Assembly: GCA_028023455.1 (NCBI GenBank)
Contig: JAQFVV010000008.1
Location: 14,074,001 to 14,138,000, forward strand
Source of the DNA: Epiperipatus broadwayi
Lineage: Eukaryota > Animalia > Onychophora
Length of the DNA: 64,000 bases
Direction of reading: 5' to 3'
Positions 53,554-64,000 of this stretch are shown here, one piece after another. The notes under the pieces were generated by a model. The model had not been told where the DNA came from and did not search any database. It saw nothing but the letters and a program-made list of their open reading frames with translations. Positions within the stretch are counted from its first letter, which is position 1; each line of letters opens with the position of its first letter. The translations under genes and the position numbers were made by a program.

Positions 53554-54384
53554 TATTATTGTCATTTTACTTACATTATAAATCAACTTCTAACCTTTCC
53601 TTATTTTTATTAAATATTTTATAATTATCAATTAACTTTTCCCACATTACAAATTACTTTTTTACATTACTAAAATTACCTACCTCTTTACAATCCTATT
53701 TCTAAAAACCCAGCTGACAAGATTTTCAAAATTTGTACACTTGTTTAACGCCTCCCTCTATTGTCATTTTCATCAACTTTATTCTTTTAATCTTTTTCAA
53801 TAATTGCTTATAAAATTATTGTCTTTATTCCAAATTTCTATTAAGATTTTGGTTTTATGTTTTTAATCAATATTGCCTTTTTAATTTTCCAATCCGTTCT
53901 ATTATTTGTATAATTAATCATTTTTATGCTATCTCTCAAACCTATGACCTGTTTCTAATGAATGCAAATAAACAGGTCATAGGTTTGAGAAAGATAGTAT
54001 AAAAATGATTAATTATACAAATAGTAGAAGGGATAGGAAAATTAAAGAGACAATATTGATTAGGAATATAAAACAAAATCTTAATAGGGATTTTGGGGTA
54101 AAGACAATAATTTTATAAGCAATTATTATTAATAATAGTTTGAATTTGAAAACGGTTAAAAAAATAAAATTGAGGAAAATGACAATAGAGGGAGGTGTTT
54201 AACAAGTGTACAAATTTTGAAAATTTTGTCAGTTGAGCTTTTAGAAATAGGATTGTAAAGAGATAGGTAATTTTAGTAATGTAAAAAAGTAATTTGTAAT
54301 GTGGGAAAAGTTAATTGATAATTATAAAATATTTAATAATAATATTAGAAGTTGATTTATAATATAAGTAAAATGACAATAATA
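53554..54384. mobile_element. Head-to-head inverted pair of a Penelope-like 3' end (~400-bp arms, 15-nt spacer)
   Basis: 53554-53954 is the reverse complement of 53970-54384. The right arm reads TGHRFEKDSIKMI...RKIKETILI...NLNRDFG, the GIY-YIG C-terminus. Confidence 0.8.
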
Positions 54385-54389
54385 TGTAT

Positions 54390-54596
54390 TAGTAATAATT
54401 TGCCATTAAGCTAATGCACATGTGCTTTGTGGATTTTTAACTATAAATGAATAAGTACTCTCACTTCCAAACACAAGATAAAGTCATTCTATCTTTTCAC
54501 AAAGACTTTATCTTTTGTTTGGAAGTGAGAGTATTCATTTATAGTTAAAAAATCCACAAACCACATGTGCATTAGCTTAATGGATAATTATTACTA
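54390..54596. repeat. ~205-bp imperfect hairpin (MITE-like foldback)
   Basis: tagtaataatt..ccattaagctaatgcacatgtg..tgtggattttt..ctcacttccaaa..aagataaagtc is mirrored by gactttatctt..tttggaagtgag..atccaca..cacatgtgcattagcttaatgg..aattattacta. Confidence 0.85.
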
Positions 54597-55473
54597 TTAC
54601 AGTTTATAAAAACATAGCTCTATATAAAATAAATATCTCATTTAAATAATATGTATTAACTTTTTGAGCTCTGTGAGTGGATGACATGTTTTCTTTCTTT
54701 ACTGACATAAAAAGTATAAGCATGATGTCAACCAAGATATGAGCATTTGATAGCTCAATGACATAGCTTTCAGAAAATGTTTACCTCAAAAAAATCGTTT
54801 GAAATTTGGATTTTTGGCAGCAGTTTTAATCAACCACAGTATTTAATTTTTTTTCTTTTTTGATAACTTTTGTAATTACCATGAAGCGATAAAAGAAAAA
54901 AAATGGTTTACCGAATGCAAGTCAATATTTGCCATATGTTATTCACAAACAAGGCCTACAATAGAGCTTCAATGTAATTACTCATAAGTATAAAATTTTA
55001 ATTTTCTTAATAATATTTAATTTATTTATTTTTTAATTTTTTGAAAAAAATATCTTTTTTAGTAATTTTAGTTTGTAATTAGTATGTGTTAGTTTGTAGT
55101 TATATATTTATTTATGCTCATATAGAATTCATATCTATCATAACTTTCTAAAGTCCTATCTACACTAATCCACTTATTTTCTAAAGTATAATGATTTTCA
55201 AAAAGTATAATAATTTATTATTTATAATTATGTTTATATAATGTTTGTGTTTACAAGTAATGAGTTATAAAACTAATAATCAAATGTATACAAAGATCAC
55301 ATATGCAGGCATATAATCAAATTTTGATTCTTGTTTATGTTTTTGTTTATTCTTGTTCATGCTTTGGAGTCACTCTGGTTTTGCTATATGTTTCATAACA
55401 TTATTTTCAAGTCTATAGCTAACAAATGGACTATGTGCAAATAAATTATATCTATGTGATACAATAAATATAA

Positions 55474-55647
55474 CAAAAGACCCCTGGTATTTATTTATTA
55501 TAGTTATAAACTTTAACATTTATTCTACTACTCATTGGGTCTAAACCGCCAGTATTTTAAAAAATTCAGTATGGCGGTTTAGACCCAATGAGTAGTAGAA
55601 TAAATGTTAAAGTTTATAACTATAATAAATAAATACCAGGTCTTTTG
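55474..55647. repeat. Near-perfect hairpin, ~75-bp arms with a ~20-nt loop
   Basis: cctggtatttatttattatag...ggtctaaaccgcca is mirrored exactly by tggcggtttagacc...aataaataccagg. Confidence 0.95.
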
Positions 55648-55775
55648 TCTTTTCTATAATTGATAAGAATAGTCATGAATCATAAATATATAGATTATAT
55701 ATAATTAAAATAGTTTTGAACTTTTTTTAATGTTATGTTGATATGTACATATAACATAAATATTTAATATTTTAG

Positions 55776-55977
55776 TAATGGGTTCAAGTGGTGAAGAAAA
55801 GATGGTACTAAAAAATTCACACTCTCACAATAACAAAGAACCATCAAGTGGTGATCGGAATTCTAATTTGCCAGAATATTCTGCTAAAGAAACTGATAGT
55901 GAACAAACCAGTAGTTCAAAAAGTTTTGCTGATTTTTTTAATAATAGTGAAATTGGTGGAATTCAAGTAACAGAAAA
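55776..55977 (+). CDS. RLR exon C: low-complexity Ser/Glu/Lys/Asn linker
   Basis: TTTTAG acceptor at 55770-55775; phase 1 in; donor AAA|GTAAGT at 55978; phase 2 out, matching exon D. Confidence 0.72.
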
Positions 55978-57958
55978 GTAAGTTTATATTTTCAAATTAT
56001 TATTGATTTATATTATTATACTTTATAATTTTATAGGATAATGTTCTGTTTATAATTTTTATTTATTGTTCTATGAAAATTGTTATAAATAAGTGATAAA
56101 GTTTTTAAATTTTAAAGGAAACATTTATTTATTTGATATGATTGATAGTAATGGGCTTTCATACTAAAATATTTATGATTTATTTACAAAAACTAAATAA
56201 AATATTATTCGAAATATGATTAAAAATAGACATTTTATTAAGGGCTTAATTGATACTTAGCTCTCTGACTGATGATATGATAGATATTGGCATATCTTTT
56301 TTATTTACTTCTTCCACGAATAATTGAAATAGTCTTGTTTTCATTTCATGATTGTATAATCATTATAATAATTGTTTTCTATAAATTTTATTTTTCATTG
56401 TTTGTTTATCACATATATAATTATGTAAAAATATATATATCTTCTTGCTTTTATTTTTTATTCTAATGTGCTTTTTATTTGCTTCATGTGTGTTGAATAC
56501 TTAAAAAATAGCTTTAGTCTTCAGCAATTGAGAGAAATTGGCACTTCATTTTTGTGTAATTAACATAATATCACTATAAGAGAAATATAAACAATTTGGT
56601 GGATATATTTTTTTAAGAAGCAATTCACACGTGACGATTATCATTTTGTATTGTTAAAGTAGTCATATTTTTGAGGCATGAAATTATTTAAAGGAATGTG
56701 TTGTATACATGAATAAATATATTCTTTCATTAAAAAACTTTTTGATAATGATCATATAATTAATAACAATTAAAAGTGAACTGACCCCTGCTTGGCAGGA
56801 AAATACAATAATTATGGATCTTCATAAGCAATAGAAAGATTTAAAGAGAAATTATTAATAGTAATAAAAACTTAAAAATGATTGATGGACGAAAACTTAA
56901 ACAGATATAATTATTTTTTCTGATCATATTTATTTTAGATTATATATATAATGAAAAGCATGTAGATCTGAAAAAAATAACAAATATAATATTCTATTAA
57001 ATCAATTTATATGATGATAATAATAATAATAATAATAGTAATTTAAGGCTTGAACATTTAAGCACCAGAAGTAAGATAACTGACTGCTATTCATGCCACT
57101 TTAGCTCCAGTTTGTTACTCTATTATTATACTAAATCACATAAAGTAATTATATATTAATCATTTTTTGTGAGTATATACTAGAATTTAGATATTGATAA
57201 TGTAGCCATTCTATCAAATTGGATATATAATGAAATATTCAAATTGATTGGATTAAAATATCTTTGTAATTTTGGAAACAGAAGTTCTGATAGAATTCTT
57301 GCTTTCCAAATTATTGGAATCGTTTTACGAATATATGGGTTCTTGAAAATCTTTTATCTGTTCTTAAAGATGCTTCTATTGTTTCAATTTATAAAATAAA
57401 AAAGAAAAGATTCAATCATTACTATGAAATATCATAGTTTTCATTATGGGAAAAATATTTTTAAGGATCTCTTTAGTTAGGGTTCTCTTCATTTGTAGAT
57501 GATTAGTTACCATAGCTTCCACACTGCTGTACAAAATCAGAAAGCACTATAAATATAGCTTTTATTGTCAAATAAATGCAGGAAAGGTGTCAAAAACAAA
57601 GGTACAATTTTTATTTGTTTTTGTTGATTTGATCAATGCATTTGTTTGTTGAGAAAGTTAGGTTTATAGCAACTTTTGAAAGTGTTTTGTGATATTGATT
57701 GAAATTGGCTAGTTGTTTACCAAATTTTATTTATATTACAACACAGTATTTACTTAATGGAATGAGAGGAAACATTACTGCTAGTAGAAAATCTATGGCA
57801 TTTGAAGTCATGTTATTTTTTTTTTTGAAATTTTGTCATTCCCAATTTATGAATTAATGCTAATGAATGAATGATAAATGAGTAACAATTTAGATATATA
57901 TTTTTATAAAATTAATTTTAAGTCTTTATTTTTCTTTTCATATTTTTTTTTTTTACAG

Positions 57959-58824
57959 TTTGATTTTAAGACCATATCAGAAAGAATTAGTCAATAAGGC
58001 ATTAACTGTTAAAAATTGTATCATTTGTGCCCCAACTAATTCTGGAAAAACTATAGTTGCCACATACCTTATAAAGATTCATTTATTACAAGCATCTGGT
58101 CAAAAAGTTGGCTTTGTAGTACCTAAGCGAATATTAATTAACCAGCAAGCTATACTTTTAAGTACATATTTAGGTATTTGGAAAATTAGAAAACGAGCTG
58201 GATCTGGTGCTAAATTAGCATCAAGACAAAAGCCATTAGATAGTTTGATCAAAGAAAGTGATGTCATTATAATGACTGCTGATATTTTAAAAAATGGCTT
58301 AATTAAAAAAACTGCAAAATTTTCAGATTTTACTTTATTAGTATTTGATGAATGTCATCATTGCATGGATGGCCATTCATATAATGAAATTATGGCAATG
58401 TATTTAGAAGAAAAAACAAATAATCCTACAGGAGAAAGACCTTCTATTATTGGCTTGACAGCTAGTCCTGCATCAAAAGGTAAAACAGAAGATGCAGTAA
58501 TAAGAAATAAAATATTTCTTCTCTGTGCTAATCTTGATGCGCAGGCTTTGGTAACTGTCATTAATAATGAGGAATCATTGAATGAATCCACTTCTGATGC
58601 ACATCGAGAATACAAGTCTAGAGAACAAAGACCTAATAATCCCTTTGTTAAAGAAATTTTTAAATTAATGGCTGAAATAGAAAAAAATTGCAATTTTACA
58701 TCTACTATAGAAAGAAGGTTGCCACAATATCTTTCACAGATCTCTGAAATAATAAGTAAAGCAAAAGAAGAAGAAGATCGTAAAAAAGTTCATTGTCTTG
58801 AAATGCTAAAAGTTTATCATGAAG
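57959..58824 (+). CDS. RLR exon D: DExD/H helicase Hel1 domain and start of Hel2i (RIG-I/MDA5-like)
   Basis: Long polypyrimidine tract and TACAG acceptor; LRPYQKEL (Q motif), APTNSGKT (Walker A), FVVPKRILINQQ (Ia), TADILKN (Ib), VFDECHH (II), IGLTASP (III), and LCANLDA typical of RIG-I/MDA5; donor AAG|GTAAGT at 58825. Confidence 0.95.
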
Positions 58825-59007
58825 GTAAGTCATTAAAATTATTGTAATCTCTAAATATTATTTTTTTAAAAATAATCTGTTTTGATCATAAAAGGGTAAT
58901 AATAAATTGAAATGAACAATCTATTGTTCATTTCAATAAAAAAAAAAAAATTTTTTTGTTCATACAATTTTTTTTAAAGTATTCATTTTATTAATAAACT
59001 AAGTTTG

Positions 59008-59176
59008 CTAAACATCACATGATCACCATTTTCTTGCTTACCACAAGCTGTTAAAATAGTAATAAACTCTCCATACAGCAATGCCATCCAGTGCAAACCA
59101 TAGTAATTAATGGATGCAAGAAGGTTTATGCATAAAATCCCTATTTAGTACCTACTCATTCAATAGTTTCTAGCAT
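59008..59176. mobile_element. Older diverged fragment of the retrozyme-like unit, truncated inside the hammerhead
   Basis: ctaaacatcacatgatcaccat...aactctccatacag...tggatgc.agaagg...gcataaaatccctat...cctactcattcaa-tagtttct.gc matches the 42529-43855 unit. Confidence 0.75.
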
Positions 59177-59407
59177 ATTGACTTTGTAGTACCAAAGCAA
59201 ATTTTAATTAACTAGCAAGCTACGATTTTAAATACAAATTTGGAATTTGGAAAATTAGAAAATGAACTGAATCTGGTACTGATATAGTATCAAGACAAAA
59301 TCATTGGATAGCTTGATTCTAGAAGGTGATATTATTACAATGACTGCTGATATTTTAAAAAATGTCTTAATTAAAAAAACTAAAATTTTCAGACTTTACT
59401 GATGAAT
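59177..59407 (+). pseudogene. Decayed partial copy of helicase exon D (58107-58351)
   Basis: gactttgtagtacc...tggaaaattagaaaa...tcaagacaaaa...tgactgctgatattttaaaaaatg...ttttcaga.tttact..gatgaat matches exon D with indels and stops. Confidence 0.9.
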
Positions 59408-61866
59408 AACTTCACATGATTCGAAACTAATCACATTAAGAATTTGAAATAGCAGCATCATCTAAAAATATCACTATATAACAATTGCCCTTGCATAAAA
59501 GCATGATTTCAGTATAACATGCAAGTATCAATTTCTGATGCATCATTTATTACCAAACTAGTGCTAGATAAAGAAAAATATAGCAGTCAATATCCAATTA
59601 TACTATGATAAAATTATACATTTTATAAAATATTGTTCAGTGATTTTCAAACTAATTAAAATTCAGATGAAATATATTGCACTAGAAGAACATGATGGAA
59701 TTTGGGTTCAAACTCTTCAGTTTTCATCTTATTAGAAATAACGAGCAATATCTTTAATGTAAAAAAAAAGAAAGACAGAAAATTTCAAAATGTATTTTTT
59801 TTTTATTATATTTAATTTATTGTTTACTTGGCTATATATTAAAGTAAAGTTATCCAGATTTATTAAACTTAGTGAGAGAGAAAAGTTAAGTTATAACATT
59901 TTTCTCTCTAAAAGATAAAAAAGTAGTTTCTAATTAATTTTTTTTTCTTGTATGTTTAAACTTATCTCTTTTGTGAGCAGATAAGCTTATTTGTATAAAA
60001 AATTACTCTGTTATTTCTTTTGTAAATTAAAAATCATATTAGTTAAAAATTAAAGAGATAAGAAAAAAAAACAAATTGAAAATAAAACTTTTGTTAGTTT
60101 GTCTGCATGGGTCTGTCATATAATGAAAAGATTTTGGCCTATAAAAAATGACTTTATTTTATTGGTCTCTCTCTTTGCCTGCAGTTGATCTAGAGAGAAG
60201 GAATCCTAACTCATATGAAAAAGAATATAATAATTTGTTACCATAAGTGGCTGTTTAAAATCATTGTTCATAATCACAAGTGGAATATTCTAATAGAGAA
60301 ATGGAAAATAATAATGTCTATAGATGAATGGCCATTTTGAATGAATAAATCTCACAGGTGCTAACTTCACTAATTGCCAGAGGTGACTGGCCTGTATCTC
60401 ACAATGTCTTTTCTTGCTAAAAGTTTTATTAAATTGTTTATGGTAGAGGAGAGGGAGAGAGGAGGATGAACTACCTGTTAAAAAAAAAAAAGGGAACTCT
60501 CATAACCAATGCTTTCCAATTGACCAGACCTACAGATAACTAACTTATTATGATTCCACATATGTGTATGCTAAGTAACCCGAAAGAAGAAGTTTATCAA
60601 GCAAGAAAATGAACAGTCCTTGAACGTAATCGATCACCAGCTATTAAACCAAAGAAGCATTAATCATGACATTTAGAAAAATAAACTTAAAATATATGTG
60701 CACACATACCAGAAAATCCAGAGATAGTACGGACTTACTAACTTTAATGAGCTCTAAAATCAAAGGTGAGAGAATGATATTTTATTTATTGGTATTTGTT
60801 TTTTTTTTGTTATTTCTTCATGCCCATGAAAGCATTAATTATCTGTGTATTATTTTTTGAGGTTATTTTTCATTTATATCTTTTTGCACATACATTTTTT
60901 ATTTTAATATTCTCATATCTGTAAAAGAAAATGTGCTTTATCTCTAGAAGATGGGGGGAGGGGAGAACTTTTAAAAATACTACTGACTTCTAAAAGTTAT
61001 AGAGATATTTAAACATGCTTTTGTAAAATTTTTTTAGTATTATTAAATTATTAATGTCTATCTACTTATTCCTGGCAGCATTCCAAAGTAATTATAAACT
61101 CCTAAAGTATATGCTTGTGTGATTTTTAAAAAATGATTATCAAAATAGTGATTAACAGCTAGCGATGATGGGAAATACTGGTCTAAGGGGAAATAATAGT
61201 ACTCATAGAGGGGTTATTTTATTATGCGATATGAAATGCTAGAGAATGTAAAATAGCTGGCACTCATTAATTATAAATATTTTATCATCACTTGAGCCAT
61301 TGGCTAACTGCCACCAGAATTAGAGTGAAAATCTGGTAGAACTCCTATTGAAATATTGTGGTAAAAGTGAAAATATGTATGGTACATTTGATCATACAAC
61401 TAGGATATTATATATGGATATGAGTTTTGCCTTGTTTATATGGATATGGAAAGAGTAAGAGCATATAAGATTATCTGACTGGTACAATATGTTATAAGAA
61501 TAATTTTTTTCCTGATCAAGGAGTAGCTTTATATTTTAATGCAATCCTTTCTTTAGTAAATTTACAAATAATATTTAATTAAAATAAATCATAATGTTTA
61601 TTTTCTTATGACTTCTAGATGTAAAATTAGACAAATCTATTTTCCAAATGTGTCAGTGCATTCTAAAGTAATCTCTATCTTCATAAAGTATCATTATAAA
61701 ATATTTCATTTGCACTTCTCTCGGCCAGAGATCCACAGACTAAAAATTTAAAATGAATTTTAAATTGTTTTAAATTGAGTAAATTCCAATAATTGAGATT
61801 ATTTTGATATATTTACTTTCATCTAAATTGCTATGAAATATTTTTTTTACCTTTCAAAATTTAACC

Positions 61867-63601
61867 TGTTATATCCGCACTTACAACTGTGCCAATGTTA
61901 TATCTGCAAGTCATACTGTGCGGTCAGCCAATAACATTATACAATTCCCACGCTGTTCTTTTCCAACGAGTGCTCTCCAACAAATCGATCTGCAACAAAG
62001 CTCTCCAACGAATTGGTCTGCAATGAATGCTCTCCAACGAATTGGTCTGCCACGAAGCTCTCCAACGAATTGGTCTGCAATCTCTCCGCTGAATTGGTCT
62101 GTAACGAATGCTCTCCAAAGAATTGGTCTGCCACGAAGCTCTCCAAACGAATTGGTCTGCAACGAAGCTCTTCAACGAATTGGTCTGCAACGAATGCTCT
62201 CAATATCTCTGCTGCGGTCTCTTTCAGCTACACCCGTGAACTACATTTCCACTGGGCATTGATCATTAACCGCCAGCACTGACGCGAGATATCTCTACTT
62301 AAACACTGCTTACTCAGTACTGCTTGACTGCTCTCTACTGCTCTCTGAGTTACACTGCTTGATGTTACCCAGTCTTCTTATCGCTCTCTGACAACTGCAA
62401 TGATCAATCAATGCACTGACCAATAAGGTAACGTCTCTTATCTAGAAACATTTGTAATTAGCAAATATTTTTAGGAATTGTCGATCGCCATTATGTCAAT
62501 GCACTAATTAAATTCCTCAGCTATCGGAGCGTGATCTAAAAATAGTCTTACGAATAAATTCTAGTTTTTTCTGGAGTGCACAAACATGTCTGCTATTTTA
62601 CAAAACACTCCACACCTCCCTCCACTCCAGAAAAACCCTTGTTGCTATTCCTACTTTCCAGTAATTTCACTAAGAAATGTACGATTTAACTCTGCTGCCG
62701 AAACTTTTTCGCCAGTAACCTTCAATGGTGACTGCGCAAGCGTTTTATTTCCAAACTTTTCACTTCCATTGTTAACATTACTAATTGGGATTGACATTTT
62801 CACCCGGTTTTTCCATCTACGGCTAAACTTGTAGTTCAACGTATTCGCTACTCCCAGGTTCCAAATGCGACTGCGCCAATGTTATATCCGCACTTACAAC
62901 TGTACCAATGTTATATCTGCAAGTCATACTGTGTGGTCAGCCAATAACGTTATACAATTCCCACGCTGTTCTTTTCCAATGAGTGCTCTCCAACGAATCG
63001 GTCTGCAACAAAGCTCTCCAACGAATTGGTCTGCAATGAATGCTCTCCAACGAATTGGTCTGCAACGAAGCTCTCCAACAAATTGGTCTGCAATCTCGCC
63101 GCTGAATTGGTCTGCAACAAATGCTCTCCAACGAATTGCCACGAGGTCTGCAATGAAGCTCTCCAATGAATTGGTCTGCAACGAAGTTCTCCAACAAATG
63201 CTCTCAATATCTCCGCTGCGGTCTCTTTCAGCTACACCCGTGAACTACATTTCCACTGGGCGCTGATCATTAACCGCCAGCACTGACGCGAGATATCTCT
63301 ACTTAAATACTGCTTACTCAGTACTGCTCTACTGCTCTCTATGTTACACTGCTTGATGTTACCCAGTCTTCTTATTGCTCACTGACAACTGCAATGATCG
63401 ATCAATGCACTGACCAATAAGGTAACGTCTCTTATCTAGAAACATTTGTAATTAGCAAATATTTCTAGGAATTGTCGATCGCCATTACGTCAATGCACTA
63501 ATTAAATTCCTCAGCTATCAGAGCGCGATCTAAAAACAGCCTTACGAATAAATTCTAGTTTTTTCTGGAGTGCACAAACATGTCTGCTATTTTACAAAAC
63601 A
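61867..63601 (-). mobile_element. Young non-autonomous LTR retrotransposon (TRIM-like): LTRs 61867-62607 and 62880-63601, 272-bp internal region
   Basis: Both LTRs have TG..CA ends and are highly similar; PBS TGGCGCAGTCG (62868-62878, minus) lies 1 nt after the 5' LTR; purine-rich PPT GGAGTGGAGGGAGGTGTGGAG (62608-62628, minus) abuts the 3' LTR. CpG-rich; no matching TSD seen. Confidence 0.88.
61965..62190. repeat. 27-30-bp minisatellite inside both LTRs (second array ~62985-63200)
   Basis: About seven copies per LTR of ctctccaacgaattggtctgcaacga(a/atg); source of the overlapping repetitive ORFs. Confidence 0.92.
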
Positions 63602-64000
63602 CTACAAACCTTTTAAAGAATATGTCAATCATATGAATACATTTGCATGCAGTTCTATTTAGTTGAATAATGGTATCTAAACAATAACTCTTTAGCTGCT
63701 GGTAACATCAGATTTTCTCCAACAATATGAAGTTTAAATCAGTTTAGCAGTTATAGAACATCTTATATTAACAGAAGTTGTTCAGAATTGTTTTTTTTTT
63801 TTAACCAAGTTAATTTTATTTTAAATATTCAAGAGATTTGTTCATTAAATATTCATACTTTGATTGAATATGTCTTTTAAGAAAATATTTTATATATGTT
63901 TTGAATAATTCTTTAGAACAAATTACACACTAAAATTGAAATTATTTATTTTCACATCTATTTTAAGTAAAGCTAAATTACAAATAACAAATTATTTATT

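Noticed and set aside
54210-54260. Possible UUGAAAA...GAAA hammerhead in the third PLE relic
   Set aside because: No convincing stem II or stem III in either arm.
60185-60245. Candidate next helicase exon after a CTGCAG acceptor
   Set aside because: Early stop in phase 1 and no Hel2i similarity.
61911-63266. Overlapping repetitive ORFs and CRISPR-like periodicity
   Set aside because: Tandem minisatellite within LTRs: no unique spacers, no cas genes, eukaryotic context.

Overview
AT-rich, CpG-poor metazoan (probably invertebrate) nuclear DNA, mostly decayed transposons nested in the long introns of one plus-strand host gene. Four candidate exons (14440-14920, 42036-42173, 55776-55977, 57959-58824) join in frame through canonical AG/GT sites (phases 1-1-2, ending in phase 1). 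They give about 562 aa: acidic N-terminus, CARD-like death fold, RHIM/amyloid-like motif, linker, then the Hel1 and start of Hel2i domains of a RIG-I/MDA5-like DExD/H helicase. The 3' exons appear to lie beyond the window. The introns hold RTE and L1/Tx1-like LINEs, three Mag-type Ty3/Gypsy relics, three Penelope-like element (PLE) relics, Merlin and Tigger-like DNA elements, hairpins and a young non-autonomous LTR element. Highlights: (1) a TSD-flanked ~445-nt tandem and inverted array in which each unit carries a type I hammerhead ribozyme (retrozyme-like), ~350 bp after the RHIM-like exon; (2) PLE hammerheads, one family with a compensatory U3-A8 core and one preceded by a tRNA-like Pol III head; (3) an older retrozyme fragment fused to a decayed copy of the helicase exon. 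All identities are estimated by eye; no database searches were run.
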